From a virus (lineage: Duplodnaviria > Caudoviricetes), in IMG/VR virus record IMGVR_UViG_3300042154_002208: a stretch of 64,000 bases of DNA; one strand, given 5' to 3'. Of this stretch, positions 1-7,268 are shown piece by piece. A program made the position numbers and the translations under genes. The notes under the pieces were generated by a model. That model was given only the letters and a program-made list of their open reading frames with translations. It ran no database searches and had not been told where the DNA came from. Within the stretch, counting starts at the first letter, position 1. Each line of letters begins with the position of its first letter.

Positions 1-40
1 ACGCAGAATGTCGGCGGTTCGAACCCGTCACCGCGTACCA
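1..40 (+). tRNA. 3' part of a tRNA cut by the window edge, probably tRNA-Val
   Basis: GTCGGCGG-TTCGAAC-CCGTC T-arm, A73 and CCA end at 40; resembles the bacterial tRNA-Val 3' half, but the anticodon is not visible. Confidence 0.65.
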
Positions 41-46
41 AATTAT

Positions 47-120
47 TTCTCCCTAGTGTAATGGCAGCACCACGGTCTCCAAAACCGTTAGTAAGAGTTC
101 GAGTCTCTTGGGGGATGCCA
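47..120 (+). tRNA. tRNA-Trp (CCA)
   Basis: Cloverleaf; anticodon loop ct-CCA-aa; T-arm AAGAG-TTCGAGT-CTCTT; G73-CCA; U1:U72 mismatch. Confidence 0.92.
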
Positions 121-128
121 AATAATGC

Positions 129-157
129 TTGACATATGATGTCGAGTATGTTATAAT
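129..157 (+). promoter_or_regulatory. sigma70-type early promoter
   Basis: TTGACA (129-134), 17-nt spacer, TG-extended TATAAT (152-157). Confidence 0.9.
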
Positions 158-164
158 AAATTTT

Positions 165-239
165 GCCGACTTAGCACAGTGGTAGTGCAATCGCCTTGTA
201 AGCGATAGGTCATCAGTTCGAATCCGATAGTCGGCACCA
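165..239 (+). tRNA. tRNA-Thr (TGT)
   Basis: GCCGACT/AGTCGGC acceptor stem, ct-TGT-aa loop, CCA end. Confidence 0.95.
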
Positions 240-245
240 AAACAT

Positions 246-320
246 CTGGCGGTAGTTCAATGGATAGAACAGTAGCCTTCTAAGCTATCAATCCAGGTTC
301 GATTCCTGGTCGCCGGACCA
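246..320 (+). tRNA. tRNA-Arg (TCT)
   Basis: gtagc-ct-TCT-aa-gctat anticodon arm, CCAGG-TTCGATT-CCTGG T-arm, CCA. Confidence 0.95.
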
Positions 321-342
321 CTTATTTTTTAGAAAGAAAATT

Positions 343-612
343 ATGAACTTTATTCCATTGCATGATCGTATTGTTATTCGCGAAGAAAAACTTCCTGAAG
401 AAACTGAAAGTGGTATTATCCTACAAGGTGCACTTGCATCTAATGATACTAGAATTAGTATTGTTGTTTCTGTAGGGCCAGATGTTCAAGAAGTAAAAGC
501 TGGCGATAAAATTTACTTGTCGTGGAGCAAAGTAAAACCATTCAAAAATGGCGAAGAATTCTTAGGCATTATTAATGAAGAAGATGTTCTTGCTGTTATT
601 GAAGAAGAATAA
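343..612 (+). CDS. groES: GroES-like co-chaperonin
   Basis: N-terminal FIPLHDRIVI and mobile-loop ETESGIIL, VVSVGP, KAGDKI; 89 aa. Confidence 0.9.
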   Translation: MNFIPLHDRIVIREEKLPEETESGIILQGALASNDTRISIVVSVGPDVQEVKAGDKIYLSWSKVKPFKNGEEFLGIINEEDVLAVIEEE

Positions 613-615
613 TGT

Positions 616-689
616 TGGGGGTTAGTTAAATGGTATAACATCGGATTTTGATTCCGAGATCACAAGTTCGATTCTTGTACCCTCTGCCA
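616..689 (+). tRNA. tRNA-Gln (TTG)
   Basis: tcgga-tt-TTG-at-tccga arm, G73-CCA; U1:U72 mismatch. Confidence 0.92.
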
Positions 690-691
690 AA

Positions 692-768
692 CGGTCCGTA
701 ACTCAATGGATTAGAGTGCTGGTCTTCGAAACCAGAGGTTGGGAGTTCGAGTCTCTCCGGGCCGGCCA
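692..768 (+). tRNA. tRNA-Arg (TCG)
   Basis: ctggt-ct-TCG-aa-accag arm, CGGTCCG/CGGGCCG acceptor stem, CCA. Confidence 0.93.
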
Positions 769-783
769 TTTAAAGGAGCAAAT

Positions 784-963
784 ATGAAAGTAGTTATATT
801 TGAAAATCAATTCAATAAGACTGAAAAGTTTTATTGTGATAATCTAAAGAATGTACAATTGATTGATGGAGTAGAGTATTTGCACGTTAGGCGAATCGAG
901 AATAGCAGAAAATTTCTAATCCGAAAAGATTCGTTACGACGAGTGGAAGAAAAAAGAATTTAG
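784..963 (+). CDS. hypothetical protein (59 aa)
   Basis: AAGGAG Shine-Dalgarno precedes ATG at 784; the ORF-track start (739) lies inside tRNA-Arg and was trimmed. Confidence 0.75.
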   Translation: MKVVIFENQFNKTEKFYCDNLKNVQLIDGVEYLHVRRIENSRKFLIRKDSLRRVEEKRI

Positions 964-1050
964 GAAATGTGGTCGAGTGGTCTATGGCTCTAGTCTTGAA
1001 AACTAGCGATTCGAAAGGATCCGTGAGTTCGAATCTCACCGTTTCCGCCA
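963..1050 (+). tRNA. tRNA-Ser (TGA)
   Basis: ctagt-ct-TGA-aa-actag arm, long variable arm, G73-CCA. Confidence 0.95.
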
Positions 1051-1054
1051 TATA

Positions 1055-1143
1055 GGAGAGTGGGCAGGATGGTAATGCAGCAGATTGCTAATCTGTCATC
1101 GGCTTATACCGGTGAGTGGGTTCGATTCCCACACTCTCCGCCA
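1055..1143 (+). tRNA. tRNA-Ser (GCT)
   Basis: gcaga-tt-GCT-aa-tctgt arm, long variable arm, GGAGAGT/ACTCTCC stem, CCA. Confidence 0.95.
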
Positions 1144-1710
1144 TTACATATCGGGCAAGCTAATTAGCCCATATTCGTAGTCTTTTAATATTTCGATAAC
1201 AACATCGCAGACTTCTAGTCTTCTTTTTAATTCTAGATTCTCCTGTTTGCGAATTTCCACATGCTTTTCTAGGAACTGCAATATGATATTCTCATCCGCA
1301 GTCTTAATAGAAAGACGTTCAATAACCCTACTGAGTTTTTGCAAATGATTATTGCAACTATCTATATTTTGCATCACCCCATTTTTGACAGCTATGACTT
1401 CGTTAGTCATTAGTACAATTAAATTATCATGTTCTGGATTAAAGTTTGGAACAATACTAAATAGCATTTGAGCAATACGTTCAAGCGCTTCACCTCTGGT
1501 GCCACGAGATTCTAAAATATTTCCTGTTTTATCATATTCTTTTCTACGAATAAAATCGCTTAGAATTTCATATGCAAGTTTTATGCGTTTGAATACTTCT
1601 TCATCTCCTCCTTTGTCAGGATGATGAAATTGCGCAAGTGTCCTATACCGTTGTCTTATGTCTTCGGTAGATGCATTTTTTGAAACGCCAAGTTCTTCGT
1701 ATGGATTCAT
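1144..1710 (-). CDS. DnaJ (J-domain) protein with coiled-coil C-terminus
   Basis: MNPYEELGV...YRTLAQFHHPDKGG..F..IKLAYEILSD J-domain with HPD motif; start set at ATG 1710 rather than 1743. Confidence 0.85.
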   Translation of the reverse strand: MNPYEELGVSKNASTEDIRQRYRTLAQFHHPDKGGDEEVFKRIKLAYEILSDFIRRKEYDKTGNILESRGTRGEALERIAQMLFSIVPNFNPEHDNLIVLMTNEVIAVKNGVMQNIDSCNNHLQKLSRVIERLSIKTADENIILQFLEKHVEIRKQENLELKRRLEVCDVVIEILKDYEYGLISLPDM

Positions 1711-1783
1711 AATAGATAAAATAGTTTTTATATTTATCGGCAAAAATAAAGTTTGAAAAATTTAAATAACCCCTTATGGCCTG

Positions 1784-1791
1784 TATAAATA
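1784..1791 (+). promoter_or_regulatory. T4-type late promoter
   Basis: TATAAATA 22 nt upstream of ORF 1814. Confidence 0.65.
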
Positions 1792-1813
1792 TAATTGACA
1801 ACGGGACTTAGTT

Positions 1814-2245
1814 ATGATATATAAACCACAAAATTTAGATGATCCGATTCTTCGAGTAATCGAAGACGACCCCGTCCGCCCTGAGATTCCCGTCGCTTTT
1901 CGAATCACCGAAAATAGGGAAGTTCTCATACTCCTCAAAGATGAAAAACCGCAAGCAGTAGTATGTGTTGCCTATATGGACAGCATCCCGACAACCTGCG
2001 AGGAACTTTTCTTCAAACCCGCTGAACCAGATACCGTCATATTCTACACAATATGGAGTTATACTCCAGGTGCAGGTCGCGAACTTATCTTTAAAGCCAG
2101 AGACCATATAACAAGTACTCGTCCAAGTATAAAAAGATTTGTTACACTAAGCCCACCTACTGAAATGGCAAAACGATTCCATTTGAAAAATGGTGCAACA
2201 GAGTTTAGAAAGAATTTGGATACCGTAAATTACGAATATGCTTGA
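1814..2245 (+). CDS. hypothetical protein, possible GNAT/malonyl-CoA-decarboxylase-like fold
   Basis: VIFYTIWS..PGAGRELI...RPSIKRFVTLSP resembles the MCD catalytic-domain pattern (IFYSIS..G...G..LI....P....F.TLSP). Confidence 0.55.
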   Translation: MIYKPQNLDDPILRVIEDDPVRPEIPVAFRITENREVLILLKDEKPQAVVCVAYMDSIPTTCEELFFKPAEPDTVIFYTIWSYTPGAGRELIFKARDHITSTRPSIKRFVTLSPPTEMAKRFHLKNGATEFRKNLDTVNYEYA

Positions 2246-2270
2246 CATATAACACGTATTCTGTTATAAT
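2242..2270 (+). promoter_or_regulatory. sigma70-type early promoter
   Basis: TTGACA (2242-2247), 17 nt, TG-extended TATAAT (2265-2270). Confidence 0.9.
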
Positions 2271-2289
2271 ATATTTTTAAGGTGACAAT

Positions 2290-2586
2290 ATGAATGAACT
2301 TAACAAAGATCAAGCCGCTATTCTTCAAATTTTACAAGAAGAATGCGCAGAAGTAATTCAAGCAACATCGAAAGTATTTCGATTCGGATTGTTTGATACA
2401 CATCCAAATACCCCAAGCAAAACAAATACAAACCATCTTGAAGAAGAATTGGGCGATGTTCTCGCAATGATTGAATTGCTAGATTCGCACAAAGTTATTT
2501 CTTATAGTAATGTAATTCAGTTTAAACAAAGAAAATTCGATAAGCTGCGTACTTGGTCGGAAATAGATGTAGACTACCGAGGATAA
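2290..2586 (+). CDS. mazG: MazG-like nucleotide pyrophosphohydrolase
   Basis: LQEECAEVIQA...LEEELGDVLA (EExxE...EExGD) all-alpha NTP-PPase motifs. Confidence 0.8.
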   Translation: MNELNKDQAAILQILQEECAEVIQATSKVFRFGLFDTHPNTPSKTNTNHLEEELGDVLAMIELLDSHKVISYSNVIQFKQRKFDKLRTWSEIDVDYRG

Positions 2587-2592
2587 CCAAAC

Positions 2593-2624
2593 GCCTGAGT
2601 GGTGAAATAGGTAGACACAAAGAC
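2593..2624 (+). pseudogene. orphan 5' half of a tRNA-Leu
   Basis: GCCTGAGTGGTGAAATAGGTAGACACAAAGAC matches the bacterial tRNA-Leu acceptor/D-arm/start of the anticodon stem, then breaks off; no 3' half nearby. Confidence 0.75.
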
Positions 2625-2645
2625 ACACCTTAACTTTCCGTTTAT

Positions 2646-2653
2646 TATAAATA
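2646..2653 (+). promoter_or_regulatory. T4-type late promoter for the HNH gene
   Basis: TATAAATA followed by an AAGGAG SD and ATG 2671. Confidence 0.75.
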
Positions 2654-2670
2654 ATAATAAAGGAGAGTAT

Positions 2671-3138
2671 ATGATAGATGTACAAGAGTTTATAAAAGAA
2701 TCTCGAGAAGTTCGCAGATCGCATTTAGATTTAACTGAAGAATGTTGTGAACGAGGTGGAAATTCTACAAATCATAAAGGTGTTCTTGCAGAATATTTAG
2801 ATACAACTATACCATCGGGAAGAATTCTTTTATGTCATGCGTGCAATAATGGTAAATGTAGTAATCCTAAACATTTATATTGGGGCACTGATTATGATAA
2901 TATCATAATTGATGGTAAAGAATTTGGTACTCACATTTCTCCCTGGGAAAGACGAGTTGAAAAATATGGGTATGAAAAAGCTTGTGCTATGAATAGTAAA
3001 GTTGGTAATACAAATGGATCTGGCAACAAAGGTAAACCTAAGTCAGACGAACATAAAAGAAATATTGCATTAAATCGAAAAGGTGGGAAACCTAAAGGTT
3101 GGAAAAAGAACAAGGCGCCTGTAACCGAATTGGTATAG
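2671..3138 (+). mobile_element. HNH homing endonuclease with C-terminal NUMOD3-like motif
   Basis: LCHACNNGKCSNPKHLYWGTDYDN (HNH_3-type core) and GKPKSDEHKRNIA; the last 24 nt overlap tRNA-Leu. Confidence 0.85.
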
Positions 3139-3191
3139 GTATCGGACTTAAAATCCGAGTTTTGTGGGTTCGAGTCCCACCTGGCGCACCA
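3115..3191 (+). tRNA. tRNA-Leu (TAA) with short variable loop
   Basis: tcgga-ct-TAA-aa-tccga arm, 5-nt variable region GTTTT, GTGGG-TTCGAGT-CCCAC T-arm, A73-CCA. Confidence 0.88.
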
Positions 3192-3211
3192 TTTTTATAT
3201 TAAAGAAAATT

Positions 3212-3691
3212 ATGTCAATTACATTAAAAAACTTAGAAAGTGCCTTAGCCGGCGAATCTATGGCTCATATTAAATATCGTTACTTTGCACGTATTGCTCG
3301 TGACGAAGGGTTTGAAGATATTGCACAACATTTTGAGCATACTGCAGATCAAGAAATTAAACACGCATGGGGTCATTTGGATTTGCTAGTAGGCACACCA
3401 ACTACCAAAGAGTGTTTGCAACTAGCGATTATGGGTGAAACATACGAGTTCACTAAAATGTATCCTACATTCAAAGCGCAAGCTGAGCAAGAAGGTAATG
3501 CATTTGCCGCAAAAGAGATTGACCATCAGATTTCAGAATCACAAGAGCACGCTGCTCAATTTATGGAAATTATGCAAAAAGCTGAGAAGAGATTTACAGC
3601 ATTGGCAAAGGTTGAAGAACGTCATGCAAAAGCATATGAAGATTTGTTAAATAGTCTTGAATTTAAACAAGCCCTATTGGGAGGCAAATAA
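3212..3691 (+). CDS. rubrerythrin
   Basis: NLESALAGES...YFARIARDEGFEDIA..FEHTADQEIKHA...GETYE...ESQEHA di-iron motifs; start at ATG 3212, downstream of the tRNA. Confidence 0.9.
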   Translation: MSITLKNLESALAGESMAHIKYRYFARIARDEGFEDIAQHFEHTADQEIKHAWGHLDLLVGTPTTKECLQLAIMGETYEFTKMYPTFKAQAEQEGNAFAAKEIDHQISESQEHAAQFMEIMQKAEKRFTALAKVEERHAKAYEDLLNSLEFKQALLGGK

Positions 3692-3692
3692 T

Positions 3693-3827
3693 ATGAGTGA
3701 AACACACGTATGCGTAGTTTGTGGTCACGAACACGATGAAACAATCGAAGGTAAATGGAATGATTTGCCTGCAGACTTTACCTGCCCAGAGTGTGGTGTA
3801 GGCAAAGAAGATTACGAAGTAATTTAA
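3693..3827 (+). CDS. rubredoxin (44 aa, absent from the ORF track)
   Basis: Manual translation MSETHVCVVCGHEHDETIEGKWNDLPADFTCPECGVGKEDYEVI: CxxCG...W..LP..F.CPxCG. Confidence 0.92.
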   Translation: MSETHVCVVCGHEHDETIEGKWNDLPADFTCPECGVGKEDYEVI

Positions 3828-3833
3828 AAAGTT

Positions 3834-3910
<77 letters not shown>

Positions 3911-3916
3911 TTTTAT

Positions 3917-4312
3917 ATGATTAATATTCTTGTCAACGGCACATTCGATATTGTTCACAGAGGACATATTGAATTACTTAATTATGCTAGAGGTTGTGGT
4001 CAACAACTTATAGTCTGTATTGATTCGGATAGACGAGTTAAAGAATTAAAAGGTGATAGTAGACCTATTAATAATCAAGATGATAGAAAACATCTGTTAC
4101 AAAATTTAAGAGCAGTTAATGCTGTTCATATATTTGATTCAGCTGAAGAATTAGAAATGCTTTGTAAACAGTATTCGCCTATAATGGTTAAGGGTAGTGA
4201 TTATAAAGATAAGCCTATTGTGGGAAGTCAATATTGTAAAGAGATTAGATTTGTGGATTTGGTAAATGGATATTCAACAACAAAAACAATTCAAAATATT
4301 ATTACTCGGTGA
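3917..4312 (+). CDS. rfaE2: heptose-1-phosphate adenylyltransferase (RfaE/HldE domain II)
   Basis: NGTFDIVHRGH, DSDRRVKELKGDSRPIN, VKGSDY, YSTTK motifs. Confidence 0.9.
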   Translation: MINILVNGTFDIVHRGHIELLNYARGCGQQLIVCIDSDRRVKELKGDSRPINNQDDRKHLLQNLRAVNAVHIFDSAEELEMLCKQYSPIMVKGSDYKDKPIVGSQYCKEIRFVDLVNGYSTTKTIQNIITR

Positions 4313-5018
4313 TAATTGTATTGATGTTTATCAGTATGGTGCAGTAGATCGTATCAGTCCTGAAGCACCTGTGCCTGTGTTCAAATTTTCTCACGAAGAA
4401 AAACGAGCAGGCATGGCGGGCAATGTTAAGAATAATCTAATTTCACTTGGTGCAGATGTTACATTCCTACACGGAGAAACTTCTACAAAAACTAGATTGG
4501 TTGACCTTAAAAGCAAACAACATATTGTTAGAATTGATAATGATGTTTTATCTGATGCATTTGTTTTTGATACAAGTATTCCAAAATTATATGACGCAAT
4601 AGTGATTTCCGATTATAATAAGGGAACAATTAGTTATGAGATGGTCGAAGAATTAATTGCAGACTTTAAAGGTCCAGTTTTTATTGATACAAAGAAAACG
4701 GATCTTAAAAGATTTGAAGGTGCAATCGTTAAAATTAATAGTTTAGAAAATAGTTTGGCCAAGACTTTACCTACAGAGTTAATTGTAACTATGGGTAGAT
4801 ATGGGGCACAATATAAAGATCAACAATATTCCGCACCGCACACCGAGGTGTTTGATGTTTGCGGTGCTGGAGATACATTTCTTTCAGCGTTGGTTCTTGA
4901 ATTCTTAAAGACAAACAATATGGAAAAGGCAATTGAGATTGCCAACATTGCAGCTAGTATTACAGTAAAGCATATCGGAGTATATGCACCGACATGGGAA
5001 GAAATAAATGAGGCTTGA
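4266..5018 (+). CDS. rfaE1: heptose-7-phosphate kinase (RfaE/HldE domain I, PfkB family)
   Basis: GDNCID.Y.YG.VDRISPEAPVPV, AGMAGNV, ISDYNKG, DVCGAGDTF. Confidence 0.9.
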   Translation: MDIQQQKQFKILLLGDNCIDVYQYGAVDRISPEAPVPVFKFSHEEKRAGMAGNVKNNLISLGADVTFLHGETSTKTRLVDLKSKQHIVRIDNDVLSDAFVFDTSIPKLYDAIVISDYNKGTISYEMVEELIADFKGPVFIDTKKTDLKRFEGAIVKINSLENSLAKTLPTELIVTMGRYGAQYKDQQYSAPHTEVFDVCGAGDTFLSALVLEFLKTNNMEKAIEIANIAASITVKHIGVYAPTWEEINEA

Positions 5019-5364
5019 GGGGTTTGTTAAAAAAGGTTGGGGTCACGAATTAATCTGGGCTACTAACGATAAGTATTGCGGCAAGTTGATGAAGTTCAAC
5101 AAAGGTGCAAAATTTAGTATGCACTTTCATTCTGAAAAAGATGAATCATGGTATGTACTTGACGGGTTATTCTTTGTTAAATGGATTGATACCAAAACAG
5201 CCAAAGAACAAATTAAGTATCTTAAGCAAGGCGATACTTGGCACAATCCCCCATGCTTACCTCATCAATTGGTTTGTCAGGAAGAAGGTACTATCATTGA
5301 AGTTAGTACACCGGATTCGGTAGAAGATAATTATAGAGTTGCACCTGGAGATAGTCAGGCATGA
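5008..5364 (+). CDS. cupin-fold protein (sugar isomerase-like)
   Basis: KGWGHE..., SMHFHSEKDESWYV...PHQL cupin metal motifs. Confidence 0.75.
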   Translation: MRLEGFVKKGWGHELIWATNDKYCGKLMKFNKGAKFSMHFHSEKDESWYVLDGLFFVKWIDTKTAKEQIKYLKQGDTWHNPPCLPHQLVCQEEGTIIEVSTPDSVEDNYRVAPGDSQA

Positions 5365-5669
5365 AGTACATTGTAGATATAGATGGAACAATCTGTTCGG
5401 TTGTTCTTAATGATGATAAGAGTGTGAATTATGATAAAACACAACCACATAAAGATAGAATTGAAAAAATTAATAAGTTATTTGATGAAGGACATGAAAT
5501 AACTTATTGGACAGCTAGAGGTTCTGCTTCTGGAGTTGATAGATCAGAATTAACTAAAAAACAGATGACAGAATGGGGAGCAAAATACCATAAGCTAGTA
5601 TTTTATAAACCCGTTTATGATATTTGGATTGATGATAAAGCTGTAAACAGCGAGGTATATTTCAAATGA
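5361..5669 (+). CDS. HAD-superfamily phosphatase
   Basis: DIDGTIC motif I, YWTARG motif II, KP..D.WIDDK motifs III/IV. Confidence 0.8.
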   Translation: MKYIVDIDGTICSVVLNDDKSVNYDKTQPHKDRIEKINKLFDEGHEITYWTARGSASGVDRSELTKKQMTEWGAKYHKLVFYKPVYDIWIDDKAVNSEVYFK

Positions 5670-6445
5670 AAATATTACTAACAGGTCATAGAGGATTTAT
5701 TGGTTCTAGACTATTGACGGCCTTGCGTGATCGAGGTGATGATGTTGAAACGTATGAATTTGACGATGGCGTAAGACCCGGCGTTATGGATTTTGAATGG
5801 GTTATTCATGCTGGTGCCATCAGTTCAACAACCGAAAAAGATATTGATAAAGTACTAAGACAAAATTACGAATTCTCCATGGACTTATACGACGAGTGTA
5901 AAACATTCGGAGTTAATTTACAGTATTCTAGTTCTGCTAGTGTGTATGGATTGAATAAAGAGTTTTGTGAAAATTCTCCGTTGGATCCAAGAACGCCTTA
6001 TGCTTGGTCAAAGTATTTGTTTGAAAGATATGTAAAACAACATCATCATGATAGTCCCATTGTGCAAGGATTTAGATATTTTAATGTATGGGCTTGGGAA
6101 GGTGAAGAACATAAAGGCAATCAGGCAAGCCCATTTGCTCAGTTTAAGAAACAAGCCATAGAAACAGGTAAGATTAAATTATTTGAGAATAGTGAAAATT
6201 ATCGTAGAGATTTTGTTCATGTGAAATCTATTGTGGATTATCATTTAAAGTTTTTAGAATCAAGTAGATCTGGAATCTTTAATATGGGCACAGGTAAAAC
6301 TATGAGTTTTTATGATGTTGCGGATATGGTTGCAGAAGAATATCATGCGGAGATTGAAATTATTCCGATGCCAGAAATTTTAAAGGCAAGTTATCAGGAG
6401 TATACTTGTGCAGATATGCGCAAGACAAATGAAGTAATATTGTAA
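5666..6445 (+). CDS. hldD: ADP-L-glycero-D-manno-heptose 6-epimerase-like SDR
   Basis: LTGHRGFIG, HAGAISSTTE, YSSSASVYG, YAWSK, FRYFNV, RDFVHV. Confidence 0.85.
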   Translation: MKILLTGHRGFIGSRLLTALRDRGDDVETYEFDDGVRPGVMDFEWVIHAGAISSTTEKDIDKVLRQNYEFSMDLYDECKTFGVNLQYSSSASVYGLNKEFCENSPLDPRTPYAWSKYLFERYVKQHHHDSPIVQGFRYFNVWAWEGEEHKGNQASPFAQFKKQAIETGKIKLFENSENYRRDFVHVKSIVDYHLKFLESSRSGIFNMGTGKTMSFYDVADMVAEEYHAEIEIIPMPEILKASYQEYTCADMRKTNEVIL

Positions 6446-6447
6446 AT

Positions 6448-6521
6448 GCGGGGTTCGTATAGTGGTAATACCTTAGCCTTCCAAGCTAAAGCGAGGAGTT
6501 CGATTCTCCTACCCCGCTCCA
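6448..6521 (+). tRNA. tRNA-Gly (TCC)
   Basis: ttagc-ct-TCC-aa-gctaa arm, GCGGGGT/ACCCCGC stem, U73-CCA. Confidence 0.95.
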
Positions 6522-6530
6522 GGAATAAAA

Positions 6531-7001
6531 ATGAAATTCGATTTCGTAAAAATTAAAGAGTATATTGATGCTCAAGGTCCAGATACAAAAATTTATATTG
6601 GTTGCGATTCAGAACGTTTCCGTAAAAATGATATGTGGTTTGCCGATTATACTTTGGCAATTGTAGTTCATATTGATGGTAAGCATGGTTGTAAAATTTT
6701 TGGAGAAGTTCAAACCGAAAAAGATTATGACCAGCGTAAAAACAAACCCCGTATGCGTTTGATGAATGAAGTAATCAAAATTGCAAATTTATATCTTGAA
6801 TTGGAAAAACTAATTGATGATAGACCAATTGAAGTTCATTTAGATATTAACCCAGATGAAATGTTTGGCTCTTCTTGCGTTGTAGGTGAAGCCATTGGGT
6901 ATATTAAGGGTATGTGTAATGTGGTTCCTTTTGTCAAACCAAAAGCATTCGCGGCAACATACTGTGCAGATCGTTTAAAAGAAATCGTAAAGGTAGCATA
7001 A
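6531..7001 (+). CDS. RNase H-like domain protein (DUF458-type)
   Basis: IYIGCDS...RLMNEV...EVHLDINP pattern of this family. Confidence 0.7.
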   Translation: MKFDFVKIKEYIDAQGPDTKIYIGCDSERFRKNDMWFADYTLAIVVHIDGKHGCKIFGEVQTEKDYDQRKNKPRMRLMNEVIKIANLYLELEKLIDDRPIEVHLDINPDEMFGSSCVVGEAIGYIKGMCNVVPFVKPKAFAATYCADRLKEIVKVA

Positions 7002-7222
7002 TGTCAAATCAAATCACATCAGAAGATGCAGTTAACATGGTAGGTAATCGATATGATCTGGTGCTAATTGCATCAGCTCGCGCCAGAGAATTGCGCAAAG
7101 GATATGCACCAAAAATTGATGCAAAACATCATAAGCCAATTGTAACTGCTTTGAATGAAATTGAGCGGGGTTTAATTGGTAGAGAATATTTGAATAAGGT
7201 CAGGAAGCCACAAAAAGGCTAA
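7001..7222 (+). CDS. rpoZ: RNA polymerase omega subunit homolog
   Basis: ITSEDAV..VGNRYDLVLIASARAREL..G..P......KP...ALNEIE.G omega consensus. Confidence 0.88.
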   Translation: MSNQITSEDAVNMVGNRYDLVLIASARARELRKGYAPKIDAKHHKPIVTALNEIERGLIGREYLNKVRKPQKG

Positions 7223-7230
7223 CTAAGTGC

Positions 7231-7259
7231 TTGACAGATACAGCTAAATGCTGTATAAT
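7231..7259 (+). promoter_or_regulatory. sigma70-type early promoter
   Basis: TTGACA (7231-7236), 17 nt, TATAAT (7254-7259). Confidence 0.9.
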
Positions 7260-7268
7260 AGTTATATA

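Noticed and set aside
739-783. ORF-track 5' extensions (739, 3164, 7946, 14827, 46766, 52414, and 1743 on minus)
   Set aside because: They run into tRNAs or upstream genes; downstream ATGs have better SD, overlap or paralog support
2593-3191. Group I intron in tRNA-Leu(UAA)
   Set aside because: The downstream tRNA has its own complete 5' half and acceptor stem that does not pair with the orphan half; no group I core recognised and little room outside the ORF
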